NCBI GenBank assembly: GCA_951804945.1 | Contig: OX638156.1 | Span: 35,030,001 to 35,094,000, forward strand | Reading direction: 5' to 3' | Source of the DNA: Podarcis cretensis | Lineage: Eukaryota | DNA: 64,000 bases | In this document: positions 61,589 through 64,000 of the stretch, piece after piece | Layout of the letters: every line of letters begins with the position of its first letter | How positions within the stretch are numbered: position 1 is the first letter of the stretch | Translations under genes and position numbers: made by a program | The notes under the pieces: model-generated | Told to the model about the DNA's origin: nothing | Databases searched by the model: none | The model's input: only the letters and a program-made list of their open reading frames with translations

Positions 61589-62519
61589 CTGTTAAGAGAT
61601 CACAGTCAGGCATCAGAAGGTGGCCAAAGGCAAGTAGGGCATCCCAAGACTTGGCTGGCACTGGTGCACATTTATATCTGATCTATCCTCTTAACATCAA
61701 GTGAATACTTACAGCGGCTTACAAATTTGTCAGAACAACAAATGATGTAACGTTAGAACATGGGAAACTATCAGAACACATTTAAAGCATTTAAAATGCC
61801 CAGTAAAACAAGTGTGTTTTCAATGCCTGCCTAAGGCTGGGCAATCAAGGGAACAGACATGCTGTAATCTGGATGCTGCAACCCAAGAAAGACCTCTCTC
61901 TTATCCCTACCTACTGATGGGTGAAGGGGGAGCAGGAAACATAAAGAAGGGGCCACAGCAGAAAGTTCTCAGGCAGTTTTCTATGGAAGGAGGCAATTCC
62001 TGAAACACCAGGCTGGGCCCCAGGGAAAGGTATCCTCCGCCAAAAGTATTATTGGATGCAAAAATCCAACATCTGGAGAACTTCAGCTTCCATGTTTTCT
62101 TTCAAAACCCATAATGATGTGAAGACAGGCCTGAATAGATGGCCACAATCCTGCCAAGTCTCAACAGAAAAGCGGGGAGGGGCAGAGCAGCTTTTGCCAA
62201 CCTGGTGGTCTCCAGATGTTTTGGATACTGACTCCCCTCAGTCCCAGCTGTCATGTTGGGAAAGGGCAAGCAGAATTTCTAGTACTCAGGAACTGGAGCC
62301 TGGTGCTCTGCATATCTCTTTGCCTCAGGTCAACCTCAGAAGCAGAATATATTTTGCAAAACAAGCAAACTGATATAAACCTGCAATGGCCTGAAGGCAC
62401 ACAATGCATCAGTCTTGCTGATGCTTAACGGGTGTGTCTGCCCAGCACTTGGGATGCATCACCCACCTGGGCAGCCCTTTGGGTTAATTTAATTTAATTA
62501 GCTAACTGCAAAATTTATA

Positions 62520-62773
62520 AAGAAGAAGAAGAAGAGTTTGGATTTGATATCCCGCCTTTCACTCCCTTTAAGGAGTCTCAAAGCGGCTAACATTTTCCTT
62601 TCCCTTCCTCCCCCACAACAAACACTCTGTGAGGTGAGTGGGGCTGAGAGACTTCAGAGAAGTGTGACTAGCCCAAGGTCACCCAGCAGCTGCATGTGGA
62701 GGAGCGGGGACGCGAACCCGGTTCACCAGATTACGAGACTACCGCTCTTAACCACTACACCACACTGGCTCTC
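62520..62773 (-). mobile_element. Squam3-type tRNA/CORE SINE, young copy
   Basis: minus-strand head gagagccagtgtggtgtagtggttaagagc, CORE-like centre, (CTT)n tail. Confidence 0.85.
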
Positions 62774-63126
62774 ACCACACATTCAGAGGCTACCTGATAG
62801 AACAAAAGACAAATATAATTTTAACAATGCCACAACCCAGATCTCAAGATTAATTTTGGGGGAGGTGCAGAATTGTGATTTGTTCGTTCACAGAGTACAC
62901 CACAGCTCTAGCTATAGGAACCTGGAAAGACTAGAGAAAGCCTACAAGAGAGGGTCCCCCCAAGAGCTTCCTGTATTTGTTGCAGTTTCAGAGGAAACTA
63001 GCCCCTATTCAGACCATCAACACAGATGCAGTGAAGCTCTTCTGTTTATGTTGTTGTGATCTCCCTCCCTCAAGAGCAAATCTTCCCTAGCAGGCTCTGG
63101 GACTCTTTCCTTCCTTCTCTGCCCAC

Positions 63127-63283
63127 CTCAATTTGCTGCATCCGCTTCTCCAACTCATGGGTGCCCAAAGAAGCCTCTGTGGCTGGGATAGTCGCCTCTG
63201 TTTCTTTCAGCCACTGCTTGGTGGATTCAACCAGTTTTCGGAATTCGTCCAACTGTTCTTGGCAGGAGGATGCGCCCTTCTCT
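63127..63283 (-). CDS. MACF1: MACF1 exon (EKGASSCQEQLDEFRK...RMQQIE), 157 nt, phase 2-0
   Basis: ttcccag|A acceptor, GAG|gtggg donor. Confidence 0.93.
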
Positions 63284-63482
63284 CTGGGAAGTGAAGAGAA
63301 AGGAGGCAGGTAAAAAAAGTGGGTCAGCTCTGCTAGCCCTTTTCCTAGCACAACACTGTCTCTTGTGCATGTGGCACAACCCTCGGTCCTTCTGCATGCA
63401 AAGCAGATGCTCTACCCCTGAGCTGCAGAGTGTCTGCTCATCACCACCTTTGTATCACAGAGCAGGAAAGAGCACCCCTTAC

Positions 63483-63652
63483 CGTTCCCTTGCTGCTTTC
63501 TGCAACTGCATGAAGTCTTTCCGCAAACTGTGCACCTTCTCCTGGTGTGAGGAGGAGCTTGCTGCTGCAAAACCACAAGAGCTCAGCTCCGTGGTCAGAT
63601 GTTCCAATGTGTCCAAGTCCTCATGGTGCTGCTTCATCTCAGAATTCAGTTC
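63483..63652 (-). CDS. MACF1: MACF1 exon (ELNSEMKQHH...LQKAARER), 170 nt, phase 0-2
   Basis: gttgccag|GAA acceptor, CG|gtaag donor. Confidence 0.94.
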
Positions 63653-63838
63653 CTGGCAACAAAACAGGGGTGGATGGAATGTTGCCATTAGAACAAAGAG
63701 AAGTACCCAACACACGGGTCCAAGTTGGTCCTCTGGGACAAATTCACTACAGAAAGCCACCAATGGAGACTGCACAGCTCATGTCAGCTCCTGGAAGCCA
63801 TGTGTGACTGGGGGTGGTGTGGGGAGGCAGAAGGGATA

Positions 63839-63858
63839 TGTGTGTGTGTGTGTGTGTG
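63839..63858. repeat. (GT)n microsatellite
   Basis: direct reading. Confidence 0.9.
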
Positions 63859-64000
63859 GACAAATTTTATTCAGTTCATGCTGAAAGGCAATTCTACCAA
63901 ATTTGCACTTCCCGTAACAACACACAAGCCAAAATGCAGTCATCCTTTGAAATTCACACTTCTCTAAATTTTGCAGTTAGCTAATCAGGTGTTCGAATTG

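Larger units (their letters stand above)
58..63652 (-). other. MACF1: MACF1 (microtubule-actin crosslinking factor 1) gene body, partial; gene extends beyond both window ends
   Basis: 21 exons with GT-AG boundaries and mutually compatible phases; translations match recalled vertebrate MACF1 rod sequence (e.g. [42 protein letters not shown]). Confidence 0.97.

Noticed and set aside
1-64000. CRISPR arrays, operons or other prokaryotic systems
   Set aside because: Sequence is clearly vertebrate intron/exon DNA; recurring palindromes are dispersed MITEs, not regularly spaced repeats

Overview
Vertebrate genomic DNA. The Sauria/Squam1, Squam2 and Squam3 SINE content points to a squamate, most likely a lacertid lizard. 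The whole window lies inside the spectraplakin gene MACF1 on the minus strand: 21 GT-AG exons encoding spectrin-repeat rod sequence can be chained in frame from 63652 down to 58. A 32.8-kb intron (13309-46142) holds an intragenic CpG island (~24700-26350) and a 1120-aa single-exon ORF (ATG 24339, stop 20977) homologous to KIAA0754. That ORF has a phase-0 splice donor 14 codons before its stop, so it can act either as a stand-alone gene or as an alternative first exon of a truncated MACF1. The most novel-looking signal is a pair of small candidate exons (14664-14725 and 13956-14010) that I do not recognise from known MACF1. They preserve frame only together and would insert a 39-aa peptide resembling a calmodulin-binding helix. 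The rest is intronic SINE, LINE and MITE fragments, microsatellites and a few candidate enhancers. Homology statements come from recall, not database searches, and repeat boundaries are approximate.
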